DNA of 64,000 nt, taken from assembly GCA_903813345.2 (NCBI GenBank), contig CAIIXF020000001.1, positions 24,552,001-24,616,000 of the forward strand, given 5' to 3'. The stretch's first letter is position 1; the number at the start of each line of letters is the position of its first letter. The translations under genes and the position numbers were made by a program. The stretch comes from Owenia fusiformis. Taxonomy: Eukaryota. The notes below the pieces were generated by a model, which was given only the letters and a program-made list of their open reading frames with translations, made no database searches and had not been told where the DNA came from. Of the stretch, positions 35,874 through 47,899 are shown one piece after another.

Positions 35874-38263
35874 TTGTACAAGAACCATCAGATTAGTCAG
35901 ATAAGTATACACTATAATTTAACATTGAAGATTTTAAATGGATCTTAAGTTATAACCAATTTAGATTAATCATCCATCTTGAATGTATCTTTAATAGTAT
36001 ATTCTTCATTATTGTAATTGATTCATTATTTATGAGCTAAATGTATGTAAATGAGGTATATGCATTAACTTTTTGATTTTAAAATCAGTTCTTAGCTTGT
36101 GGTAAAATTATATTTTCAGGTCCTCCAAGCCTTCATTTTCGAGTTGAAGGAAGAATTCATACCGAATCGACAGGAAAAAGAAGGCATACTGCCGAGTTGT
36201 TTCAAGAAATATACGAGGGTTGTCCCAGAAGTAATGCACTATATGCTCTTTTTATCAATAATTGATATTTTTCCATGTAATTTTCACTAAATGTTCCTTA
36301 GAGACATCTTGATTATTCTACAAATGTTCATGTTGACTAATAAAACTATATTGATGTTATAATAAAATCAAGTTGGTGTGTTTGGGTAGGGCAGGTTATA
36401 CAGTCACGTCAAAAGGAATAATAAAAATTGAAAATATGAAATAATTAATCAACAAATACCATTTTGTGTAGCTATAAGAAGTATGCTCAAAAATACATTA
36501 TAAGATTCTATATTACTATGAGCACATCCTAGATTTTAATGGATGTATACTGCACAGTGTCCCATTTCACATTTTCTCAAAATATTGCCCTTTGCATGTT
36601 ATGTACTTTTGATGCCTGTCAGGTCAAACACTCTTAGCAATTTCTTCCACTGTGACTTGTGGAGTTTTTGCCTCCCATGTTTGGAGTTGTTATCCAGGGT
36701 CCAGACATCTCTTTTTAATCTCTTCTGCAACCTCATAATTGTAGTTCTATCTGGTATTTACTCCTTATATAATTTCTTCATGGTAGCATAAGTTTTGCAT
36801 GGCTGTGAGTCCAAGTGTATACATAATTAGAAAAATTGGTACCAGCCCCACCCACCCCTACCCCCATGTTGCTATAGCAACCATATTAAGACCTAATATT
36901 AATGTTTGATGCTGAAACTTCAGGATATAACAGATAAAACTTTAATTGTAATATGCACAAAATTTCAGCTGAATTGAAGCATTTTAAAGAAAGTTAGAGC
37001 ATATAAGTGCATTACTTCTGGGACAACCCTCGTAGAGATCTACCAAAACATATAAGACAGGTCCACAGGAAAGACGCAAATTATAAAATACCTGAAGACT
37101 ATAAAGAATTGTACAAACACGAGTATTCAAGACGAAGTAAAAATAAATATTGAGGCTGTGTTTATAAGTACAAAGAATGCAAGAAATGTGGAAAAAATGT
37201 TCAGAGATTAGACAAGCATGAATGTTATTCTAATGTACTCTTAAATGAAAGAAAAAGATAACAAATTAGACAAAAAATTAGATTCAGATTTTATCGATTG
37301 GCTCACATCTCCATCTGGTCGAAACAAAGCTGAAGAAACAGCAAAAAGGATCAGCCAAAATGTGAAATTTGTACTGGGCCTGCATGAAGATGTTGGTGGA
37401 TTTCAGCCACAGGACCACAATTTAATTTATTCAAAATTCATTGAACCTGCCATGAATGGAAAATTTATACTTATACCTAAAGTTATACTTAAGTCTCCAT
37501 CTGGTCGAAACAAAGCTGAAGAAACAGCAAAAAGGATCAGCCAAAATGTGAAATTTGTACTGGGCCTGCATGAAGATGTTGGTGGATTTCAGCCACAGGA
37601 CCACAATTTAATTTATTCAAAATTCATTGAACCTGCCATAAATGGAAAATGTATACTTAAAGTTATACTTAAATTACATTGTACAAGAACCATCAGATTA
37701 GCCAGATAAGTATACACTTTCCTAAATACTACATGTATAATAAATATAAATTAACATAAGAATTTAAATGAATCTTAAGTAATACCTAATTTAGATTTAT
37801 CATCCATCTTGAATGTATCTTTTATAGTATATTCTTTATGATGTTGTAATTGATTCATTATTTATGAGCTATATGTATGTAAATGAGGTATATGTATGTA
37901 ACTTTTTGATTTTAAAATCAGTTCTTAGCTTGTGGTAAAATTATATTTTCAGGTCCTCCAAGCCTTCATTTTCGAGTTGAAGGAAGAATTCATACTGAAT
38001 CGACGGGAAAAAGAAGGCATACTTGCCCGAGTTGTTTCAATAAATATAGAGATCTACCAAAACATATAAGACAGGTCCACAGCAAAGACGCAAATTACAA
38101 AATACCTGAAAACTATAAAGAATTGTACAAACACAAGTATTCAAGACGAAGTAAAAATAAATATTGAGGCTGTGTTTATAAGTACAAAGAATGCAGGAAA
38201 TGTGGAAAAAATGTTCAGAGATTAGACAAGCATGAATGTAATTCTAATGTACTCTTAAATGAA
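35874..38263 (+). repeat. Local duplication of an intron/exon-like segment (35874-37249 versus 37678-38263) plus an internal ~186-bp tandem duplication (37308-37672)
   Basis: ATTGTACAAGAACCATCAGATTAG...GTACTCTTAAATGAAA occurs twice; only the first copy holds the mariner insertion. TCTCCATCTGGTCGAAAC recurs at 37308 and 37494. Confidence 0.85.
36214..37032 (-). mobile_element. Internally deleted mariner element with both TIRs, 819 bp
   Basis: TA|CGAGGGTTGTCCCAGAAGTAATGCACT ... AGTGCATTACTTCTGGGACAACCCTCG|TA. The empty site AAATATAGAGATCTACC is visible in the duplicate at about 38042-38058. Confidence 0.92.
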
Positions 38264-38272
38264 ATCAAACTA

Positions 38273-40165
38273 AACTAGACTTTGGAAATTGAACAAGTTC
38301 AATTTCAGACTCCAGATGACAGATTCGTTTACGCTGAGTCATCTAGAATAAGCCGAGTCATCCAGAATAAGCTGAGTCATCCAGAATAAGCTGAGTCATC
38401 CAGAAGAAGCCGAGTCATCCAGAATAAGCCGATGGATGGATGAATGGATGGATTGATAGGATGGAAGGATAGGACAGAATAGGAAGGAAGGATAGGATAG
38501 AATAGGAAGAAAGGATAGGAAAGGATAGGAAGGATGGGAAAGAAGGATAGGATTGGATAGGATACGTGGGATGGATATAGCCGAGTCATCCAGAATAAGC
38601 CAAGTCATCCAGTCATATCCCTCTTTCCTATCCTTCTTATCCTATCCTTCCTATCCTATCCTATCCTTCCTATTCTGGATAGGATAGAATAGGAAGAAAG
38701 GATGGGATAGGATAGGATAGGAAGGAAGGATAGGATAGGAAGGATAGTAAAGAAGGATAGGATTGGATAGGATAGGCTAGGTGTGATGGATATAGCCTAG
38801 TCATCCAGAATAAGCCGAGTCATCCAGAATAAGCCAAGTCATCCAGAATAAGCTGAGTCATCCAGAATAAGCCGAGTCATCCATAATAAGCGGACGGATG
38901 GATGGATGAATGGATGGATTGATAGGAAGGATAGGACAGAATAGGAAGGACAGAATAGGAAGGAAGGATAGGATAGAATAGGAAGGAAGGATAGGATAGA
39001 ATAGGAAGAAAGGATAGGATAGGAAGGATAGGATAGAATAGGAAGAAAGGATAGGATAGGAAGGATAGGATACGATAGAATAGGAAGAAAGAATAAGATA
39101 GGACAGAATAGGAAGGATAGGATAGGATAAGAAGGAAGGATAGGATAGGAAGGATAGGAAAGAAGGATAGGATAGGATAGGATGGATGGATATGATAGAT
39201 GGATGGATTTTTCAATATTGTCTGCACTACTCTTGACTTTCTATGAGGCTACTATCATATTGATTTTTTGGAAAATTCAAAACGTCATAACTTTTGAACC
39301 GGAAGTCGGATCGAAATTTGGTTTGCAGATTCGGATTCCTGAGAAAATTCTACCCTTAGTTCATATGTCATACATTGAATTTGGAGAACTTTTTGTCGTG
39401 ACCTACTTTCTGGACGCCATATTTAAAAATCGGTAAGAGTAATCAAAAATCTCTTTCAGATCCAGATTCCTGAGGAAATTCTACCCCTAATTCATAACTC
39501 ATACTTTAAAATTGGAGAACTTTTTATTTTGACCTATATTTCGGACACCATATCTCAAAAGTAGGTCAAAAAACTTATTGACGGCAAAATGTTAACATTA
39601 TTAGCACACTCTTTGCTACAAGTTTACAAAATTTCGGAGAATATCATTGAAGTGTAGTGTCAGAATCGCAAAATAAAAAAAACTATGAATTTGACCTAGA
39701 TTTTGAACTAGGTATTTTGGTGTCCAAACTTTGAAGGAAAGTAGCTTTTGAGGTCCCCTTCTTCTATGGGCTTTCATTATGTTTAGCTTTACTCATTCTA
39801 TATCTCGTATTTTTATACTTCAAAAAATTATTCGGTCCCATTGATTTAACATGGGGCACCAAATTTAGCGATTTTTTAGATTTCAAAACGCCATAACTTC
39901 AAAACAAGTAGTCGGATCGAAATTTGGTTTGCAGATCTAGATTTCTGAGAAAATTCTACCCTTAATTCATAACTCATACGTTAAATTTGGAAAACTTTTA
40001 ACTTTGGCCTACTTTTCGGACACCATATCTCAAAAGTGGGTCAAAATACTTTCTGACGGCAAAACGCTAACACTATTAGCATACTCTTTGCTACCTGTAT
40101 ACAAAATTTTAAAGCAAATCATTTAAATATAGTGTCAGAATCGCAAAAATAAGGGAAAACTATAA
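38273..40165. repeat. Composite repeat (HINE-like): palindromic head, 19-bp repeats, (GGATA)n-rich tract and ~475-bp satellite
   Basis: The head ACTAGACTTTGGAAATTGAAC-AA-GTTCAATTTC forms a hairpin. GCCGAGTCATCCAGAATAA arrays and a purine-rich GGATA/GGAA tract run to ~39210, followed by satellite monomers (ATTCTACCC.TAATTCATAACTC at ~39478 and ~39953). The same layout recurs from 61341. Confidence 0.8.
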
Positions 40166-41702
40166 AAGAGAACCCCCGATAAGGAGAGCTTTTTAGAAGG
40201 ACATTGCTTTTTTATTCTGGAAGTGATCATCATGGAAATTTGACACCTTTTTAGAAATGAGGTGAATTTTGACATACTGAAATATTATATTTCAATGATT
40301 AAAACTTCCGTTTCTAGAACGTTTTTTGTAAAGCGATGAAATTCAATGTTCTATTTTGACCGTTACTTTTCGATAAAGCACAATAAGTTTCCTTCAACTG
40401 TACATGCGAAATAAAATATGTCTTGGCTAGATTGTGAAGCAAAGTCTTATTTTCGTAAAGCAATTGAGGGGCGCAGTACTAGAAGTATGTTTAAAGAATT
40501 TTCTAAGAAGTTGTTCCACTTTGCTCCTCATTTTCATTAGAAGAGTTTCGGAATTATATACCAGTCATAGATAGAGGGCGTTTCACAGATCAAATAAGTT
40601 CATCTTTGGATAAAACTTGGTCATTTTTGAAAATCATTCAGATGACCAAAATTAGATGTCTCTCCTGGACAATCAGTAATGATTATCCTGTGCTATTTTG
40701 GTTTCAGGTACATAACAGCTGGATATAGAACTGATGTCTTAGAGGAGTGGGACACATATATCTCCCGCTGTATATTTCCCGCTCCAATATTCCCCGGAAA
40801 TGTTTTTTGTTCAGTGTTGAAATAGTAAAAACTGTCCGAATATCTTGCTATAGAATGAATGCAGCAGACGTAGAATATTTTATTGACAAATGTTTATGAA
40901 TTTTTCGAAAATAATGAAAATGAGAACACTGAAATCTTCACTTATGAAACCGCATGCTCGTTTTTGAATATGGGGTATACCCCTAGGGAAATATGATATC
41001 CTTTATCATATTTCCCGAGGGATATACCCCATATACAAAACCTCCCATGACATAACCCTTATGCATTGTGGTTAAAAAATAAATAATGATAGTCAGCGTC
41101 GGGATTTGAACACGAACCTTTCAGAAAATTAAAGGGATACAAATTCCAACGCGCTATCAAATGCGCCAAACGATCATTGTATTATGATACATGTCTTTAA
41201 CTATTCACGTTTGAATTAAGCACACGATTGAAAAGCGTATGAAGTCTACATTTTTCGAATCAAAGAATTCGAGCGTTCCTGGTTTAACCTCAAGACTGTT
41301 GGCATCAGGCTTCTTATCTTAGCAATTCAACCAGTTGTTAGAGTAGATAGTCCAGGGTGTAAAGCAAAACTAGAGCGTCCTCAAATCTAGTAGAAACATA
41401 TAGTTATTCAATACATACAAACATCGATTGGAAGTTGTATCTTTCTTCTTTGAAAAAGTATATTTCAAGATAAATTAATTATTTATTTTGATATATTTAT
41501 TTGCCAAAAATTAACGTTGGCACATGTTTTATTATCCAATGCGTCGACATGCATTGTATAAAATATGAATGAAATAAAAAAAATCATAAATAAGTTCTTG
41601 AAAACAATGTTACATACAAATAATCATAATCATGAATTTCGGGGCTGGTACAATTTGGTTAAAAAGCGTTTCAAATAATATAAAATAGTCTTGCCCCATT
41701 AT

Positions 41703-42177
41703 CACTCGGGATCAGCTCGATTACGCTGATGACCGTTTCGGTTACATAATGTCGGAACCTCGAAGGAACGATTTTTCTTTTTTCCTTATTCCACGCGTTG
41801 TTGGCAAAATTCCCATGATATTTTTATAAAAAACATGCGTCAGTATCATATGTTTAAAAAAATGTACATGTTTGCGAACAGATAGTTAGTTCAGAGGACA
41901 ACAGAACCATGATTCAATACCTGATTTAAGTTACTTAAACGGGATGGGTTAGATATGCAGATCCGTTTACGTAACTTAAGTGGTGTTTTTTTAAATCGAC
42001 GATTCTGTAGTCTTCTGAACTAATTGTTCGCAAAGGTGTACATTTTCTTAAAGACACACATTTTTTATAAAAATATCATGGGAATTTTGCCTACAACGCC
42101 TGGAATAGGAAAAAAGAAAACTCGACCTTTGAGCATGCGATATTTTGTTGCAAGCGTAATCGAGCGGATCACCAGTT
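41703..42177. mobile_element. Foldback MITE, diverged copy (CACTGGTGATCC family)
   Basis: GATCAGCTCGATTACGCT ... AGCGTAATCGAGCGGATCACCAGT with long imperfect arms. Homologous to 43614-44142. Confidence 0.7.
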
Positions 42178-43456
42178 ATATGAAAAAATCTCATCGCGAG
42201 CATTAATGTCAAGCCATCAGTTAGATTAATAGAAATAGAACGTTGAGAACATTAAACGCATCGTTGAGAAATCAAACATATACATGTATACTTCAATAAT
42301 AATTGACGATTTATAAATAACATTGCAAACAAATGTAGATTATAACTTACATGATGTATAAAGTCATACAACGATTTCCATAAAACAAAAGAATAGATAA
42401 AATAACCTATACTTTGGCTTGAGGCGCGTATGATGCTTATCATACATATTGTAGAAAGTGGTATTCGAAGCCATCCCTGGGGGGGGGGGGTATCTCACAT
42501 ATGTACACGTGGTTCTGATAAGACAGACGAATGAGCCAAGTAGCCTCCTTGATAGAAAAGGGTTGATGAAGCAACGGACTCCCAACCAATCGACCATACT
42601 TGGACTAATAGCGAAAAGCTTGACTCCAAGACGAACATTTTGGTTGTGGAACATTTAAATCTAAAATATCTCAAGTGCTCCACTGTTGAATGCATGTTAG
42701 CATACATGTATATATAAGAAAAAACTATGAGCTTTGTTTAGAGCACTAGGAGCAGACGCTCATATTGTATTAACATTTTTGAATCTTAGACGGATAGCTT
42801 TCGCGAATTCAACTACCAGCCGCTGCTGATCAACCTCCTATTGTATGACTCATTTGACATATTCAAATGAGTCGAAATAGTTTGTTACGCCGTCATCTGA
42901 TAGGTAGCATTTTACTGTGACATGCTAGTGCTAGGTAAAATATGGATTCAAAGTGATTCACAATTCTCCTTTAAATATTTGGAAAGAGGGTTAGCATATG
43001 ATAACTTGATCAGAGAAGTTAAAAAAGAATATTCATTTTACATATAAAGTTTTAAGTTAACCTGTTCATAATGGTGCAGAATTATGGTCCACCAAGTAAT
43101 GGTTGTAACATACGTCGTATTTATTTGTCAGATGCAGTGTAAAGGTAACAGATATGTAATTAGGTCCCTATCAAAACCAAGAGAGGGAGGACCCTTAGGG
43201 TTATTATATTACACGATCCTGTACAAGTTCCCTTTAAATACGTGAACTTGATAATAAGGCAGCTTTATGGTAATACTCTTTATCGTATGATCTGTAGAAT
43301 GAAGCCTTCTGATTGGTCAGTTTTTGTGCTGTACCAATCTGTATTGTTACTGAGATTGTCAGCATTGATCATCTCCGTCGCAATACAGAAAATATTGGTA
43401 CGGAGGGGACATTCTCAGATGCAATACAGATGATCACACGATAAAAACGTTATAGA

Positions 43457-43578
43457 ATGATTTGAAGTGCAATACAGGATATATTCTGTCTCGATATTCT
43501 GTATTGGCACTCGACTTCGTCTCGTTCCAATACGGAATTTCTCGAGCAGAATATATCCTGTATTGCACTTCAAATCAT
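43457..43578. repeat. Near-perfect ~120-bp palindrome (end of a non-autonomous element)
   Basis: ATGATTTGAAGTGCAATACAGGATATATTCTG ... CAGAATATATCCTGTATTGCACTTCAAATCAT. Looser hairpins of similar style occur at about 44421-44568 and 58586-58760. Confidence 0.75.
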
Positions 43579-43613
43579 ATGATAACTTATAGTATTTGTA
43601 CGTATTACTAAAA

Positions 43614-44142
43614 CACTGGTGATCCACTCGATTACGCTGGTTACCGAAACGGTTCGTTTTGGTAACAAAATGTCGGAACGTCGAAGGTACGATTTTTCTC
43701 TTTTTCTTATTTCACACGTTGTAGGCAGAATTCCCACGACATTTTTAACACAAACGTGTATCAATATCATATGTTTAAGAAAATGTACATATGTGCGAAC
43801 AAATAGTTCAGAAGACAACAGAATCGTCGATTTATTTCTTCACTTAAGTTACATAAACGGTTTTTTGAAAAACAGTTAAGATCTGCACTTTTAACCCAAA
43901 TCGTTCATGTAACTTAAGTGAGGAATTAAATCGACGATTCTGTTGTCTCCTGAGCTATTTTTTCGCAAAAATGAACTTTTTCTAAAATATATGATACTGA
44001 TACACGTTTGTGAGAAAAAACGTCGTGGGGATTCTGCCTACAACGCGTGAAATAAGGAAATAAGAAAAATCGTACCTTCGACGTTCCGACATTTTGTTAC
44101 CAAAACAAACCGTTTCGGTAACTAGCGTAATCGAGTGGATTA
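43614..44142. mobile_element. Foldback MITE with ~250-bp arms (CACTGGTGATCC family)
   Basis: GATCCACTCGATTACGCTGGTTACCGAAACGGTTCGTTTTGGTAAC ... GTTACCAAAACAAACCGTTTCGGTAACTAGCGTAATCGAGTGGAT. A solo arm lies at about 54065-54230. Confidence 0.85.
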
Positions 44143-45009
44143 CGCATTCCCATTTAATGGTACCAACTACATGATGCTATGTTATTTATGAGTCATGGGA
44201 TGCACAATGTATTTGCAAATTCAGAATTGCATAAATATGTTTCAAAAAGTACAGGATATTCTGAAGCGTATCGCATCTTTATGTACTGCAATAATGCCTG
44301 GGTCACATTTGCACATTGTATTCAATTCTGAACAAATTACTCAATCGGCCGGGCGCCGTAGCGAAAATCGGAGCAAATGTGACCAGGGCATAAGTAAACG
44401 ATAGTACACTACAATGTTATATGGGTCAATGTCCTCAATGGTTCATTCTGTATATTGTGCATTTTATACTCTCGTGAGAATATAATATATTCACTCATTC
44501 GCTACGCTCACTTCTGAATATATCATATACTCACTCGAATATAAACACGATATACAGAAAGACCCATTATATAACCTCATAATATACAATATGGACACAC
44601 CTTTTTTAAAACTCGTAATTGAACGTGTACAATAATGGTCCTCTGTGGATAATTTGTACTGTTAATTTGGCCAACTGAGTTTAACGGTTTATGGGAAATG
44701 ATTTTTATAAGGTCCCTTAAAAAGTTTATTCAGTGAGAGGCAGTAATTACTAATCACGTAGGCCGAAATGTTTCACGTAAAGGTTCTCAAAACGTGTAAC
44801 TAAACTTCTGTAATATCCTCGAGAATCGTAAAGATTGCCATGAGGTTTTATTTTATTTTTATCATTGGCTAGGCAAAGGTTGACTTTTTGACCCGGCTTT
44901 GAACTGCAACACGCATTAGTGAATACGTGTCTTTATATAATTCATTACATAATAAAACTTAGAGTAATCCCCAGAGTGAATAATGAATGTGAAAGCGTAG
45001 GTACAGGTT

Positions 45010-46172
45010 CACGGTGTTATAGCATGACGGTTATGCCACCTCTGAAAACGATGTTGGACAGCTACGTTCACTGATTTATCCAATAAAATGGCCGCGATGG
45101 AAGAGAAAAGTAAGGTTGGTGCATTATTTTCTACTACTGTGTATCAATGAAAGGAAGAACGATTTATGTAAGCATCGCATTCGGTGATACATTCGGTAAT
45201 GTATATTTTGAATGTAGTCTTTGCAAATTCATGCCCGGGGATAACATGAAATAGGAGGAAAACTGTCGAGTTTGAAATTCAAAACTACACAAAATTTTAG
45301 TAATTTGTTTATTTTTGTTGTTAGGGCATGGTCTACACTGCCTAAAAACCCTATGGTATATATGTTGATGTACGGTTACGCGAACCTGATTCAAATATGA
45401 AACCCCGATTCATTGTTGTTAATTTTGTCATCTTGATCCTAAATCTTCTTTTGCCTCTTCATTGCTATCTTTTACACTTTCATCGGTTTTATAAATAAAG
45501 CAAGCAACAGTTTTTTCCTTGCCATATAGAGGCTGAAACAAGAGCGTTTCTTGCGAGTCCTGAGAACAAATATTGAAAATTCAATATTCTATTTCTAACC
45601 CATTATAACAATAACATGGATATAGGCTATCAGATCTAGCAACCTTGACTTGACAGATGTGCATGCACGTAACCGTCCGCTAAATATCTTATGTACAACT
45701 AATACAATACGTTACCGTCCATAGAATTCGATAGAAGTCATACGTAGTCATGTAACGACATTGCGTTTGAAACCTTATTATTTACGTTATACACCACATT
45801 CCCGTTCTGGATTTGTCATTTTATGCCTTGTTTATACACAGTTTACCTACAGTTAATATTCAGTGGCTCTGAGGCACATGTACTGAGAAAACACGAGAAT
45901 GGACCAAAAATTATAAACTTGGATATCTCAGTCGGTAGGTTTACAGCTTATATTCTGTTCCTTGTAGACCACCTGGCAGATTTGACCCAGTCTTTATAAC
46001 CATCCATATATACGTCACCGAATGGAACTAGTTTAAAAGGAAATCTTATCTGTGAATATTGCCTACAGGCGAGAAAGAGTACATGCTGCCTTTCCAATAC
46101 GCCATTTTTTGTTATCGTTACCGCAAAATTTTGCAAATCGCCTTGACGTAACCGTCATGCTATAACACCGTG
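45010..46172. mobile_element. Non-autonomous CAC-terminal DNA transposon (Transib/Chapaev-like), 1163 bp
   Basis: 24-bp perfect TIR CACGGTGTTATAGCATGACGGTTA with flanks AGGTT and AGGTA (4 of 5 match). Inward-facing AAAATGGC motifs lie near both ends. Confidence 0.7.
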
Positions 46173-47899
46173 AGGTAGAGGTATTCAACGCTTTTGCGAG
46201 GATCATTTGTACCGTTGGGTTTGGTGAATATACACTGACAGAAACTAGAATGCAGTGCGCCAGGTGTGATTGTTCGTTGAAGAAAGTGGCAAGAAACAAA
46301 GTCATTGCTTTGAGATTTGACCTTCGATGACTTTCTCAAGATAAAAAAGTCAAAAAGGTATTTTTCAACTTGCTTCAAAAAGAGCATCTTTCAAAATCTT
46401 CTACAAGTTCTCAGAAGTTCAAATACAATAGTCCATGGTATGACTTCCGAATATGAGGGATCCGTGGCACACTATAGCGCAGCAACATTTGAAGCAATAT
46501 TTATGAAGATGTATATGTCTTAATTCTTATGAAATAACATTTGCTGAAAAATCTTCCGGCTTTCGGGTCGAAACATGTCTCATAACAAACGTAAAAAAAT
46601 TGATTCTAACTTTTATACATCTTATAAGACACAGACTGTTATTCTAAGCATACGAACAAAAATAGACTATCATAATGTTAAAATATACTATAATTTTACT
46701 CTAATTGTCGGTGCTTAATAATTGTTAATTACATAAGTGTGTTTTTCAGATTCTGTTTGATTTTTCAAATATGAGCCAAGCCAATTCAACAAAATTGTGT
46801 GTATCTCAAAACGTATTGAGACCCATTTTGGGAAAAACTAGCATAATTTAAGCATTTGTCATTCTAATATAAAAGTGATTCATTTGTAGCATTTATCTTT
46901 TTAATACCTGAGAAACAATACAAAACGTCGATACACTGATTACATAATTTTTGGGCATTGATAATAACCTCAAACTCATGGCCTAGAAACCTAAAATCAT
47001 ATATTTAAAATCATTTTGTATTATTTTCCGTTGCATTGTGTACTCCAAATTGTGAAAATTGTAATTTTATTTTTCAGTAATTTTTGACCTCTGTTAATGG
47101 CAGGCATAATTCAGCCTAAAAGCCGGAAGTATATTAAACGGTTATAATAACAATTATTCGGGAACATATGTAGGTGTGTCAATGTTAGGTCAAGTATCGC
47201 TGCGCAAAAGTGTGCTACCAGCTCCTTTATTAGACGTCCTAGAGATTTCATACCATGGATTATACAAGCGGTTTAACCTGAGAAATAACAAATCTAGAGG
47301 TGCATACCAATGACATTTCGTCCAATTATTTCCACATTGTTACAATTGCATTTTCGCTGATATTAAGAAATCAGAGGTTGAAGTTTAGGTCTTCATAACT
47401 TTTGAGTAGTAATTTTTAAAAACTCATTTTTTCGTACAGGTAATCATGTGTATATGAACGCCTTACAGAGCAAAAATCACTAATTAACAATAAATAATTT
47501 TGAACAAAATACTCAATCGGCCGGGCGCCGTAGAGAAAATCAGAGCAAATGTGACCAGGGCATAAGTAAAAATATATATGATTGATGATGCTGACTTGGC
47601 ATGAAAAGCATTTGCAAAGATAAAAACAGAATCATAACATGAGAGTGGAGATATTTTATTAGCATGGACAAGGAGTGAAAATTAACATCTATAGAAACCT
47701 ATTACTTCAAAAGGACCATGACATGAAGGTGGAATAAGCATTTGAAGAAAATGAGGAATAAATTAAATGTATCATTATGATTTGTGAATTAGCATTTGTA
47801 GAAAGTAAAGATTTAGCAATTTGGCATGAAGGGGAAACAAGGAAATATATATCATCAAATACACAAGAAATAAACATTAAAATAAGCAGTAAAAGGGGA

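Noticed and set aside
38377-39227. ILSYPF-rich ORFs (also 61442-62053), plus ORFs 52057-52266, 33787-34056 and 7931-8209
   Set aside because: These are translations of microsatellites.
45164-46150. KolX / P2X7-tail-like Cys-rich coding remnants on the minus strand
   Set aside because: The matches are weak and in the wrong order for one protein, and they lie within a different TIR element.
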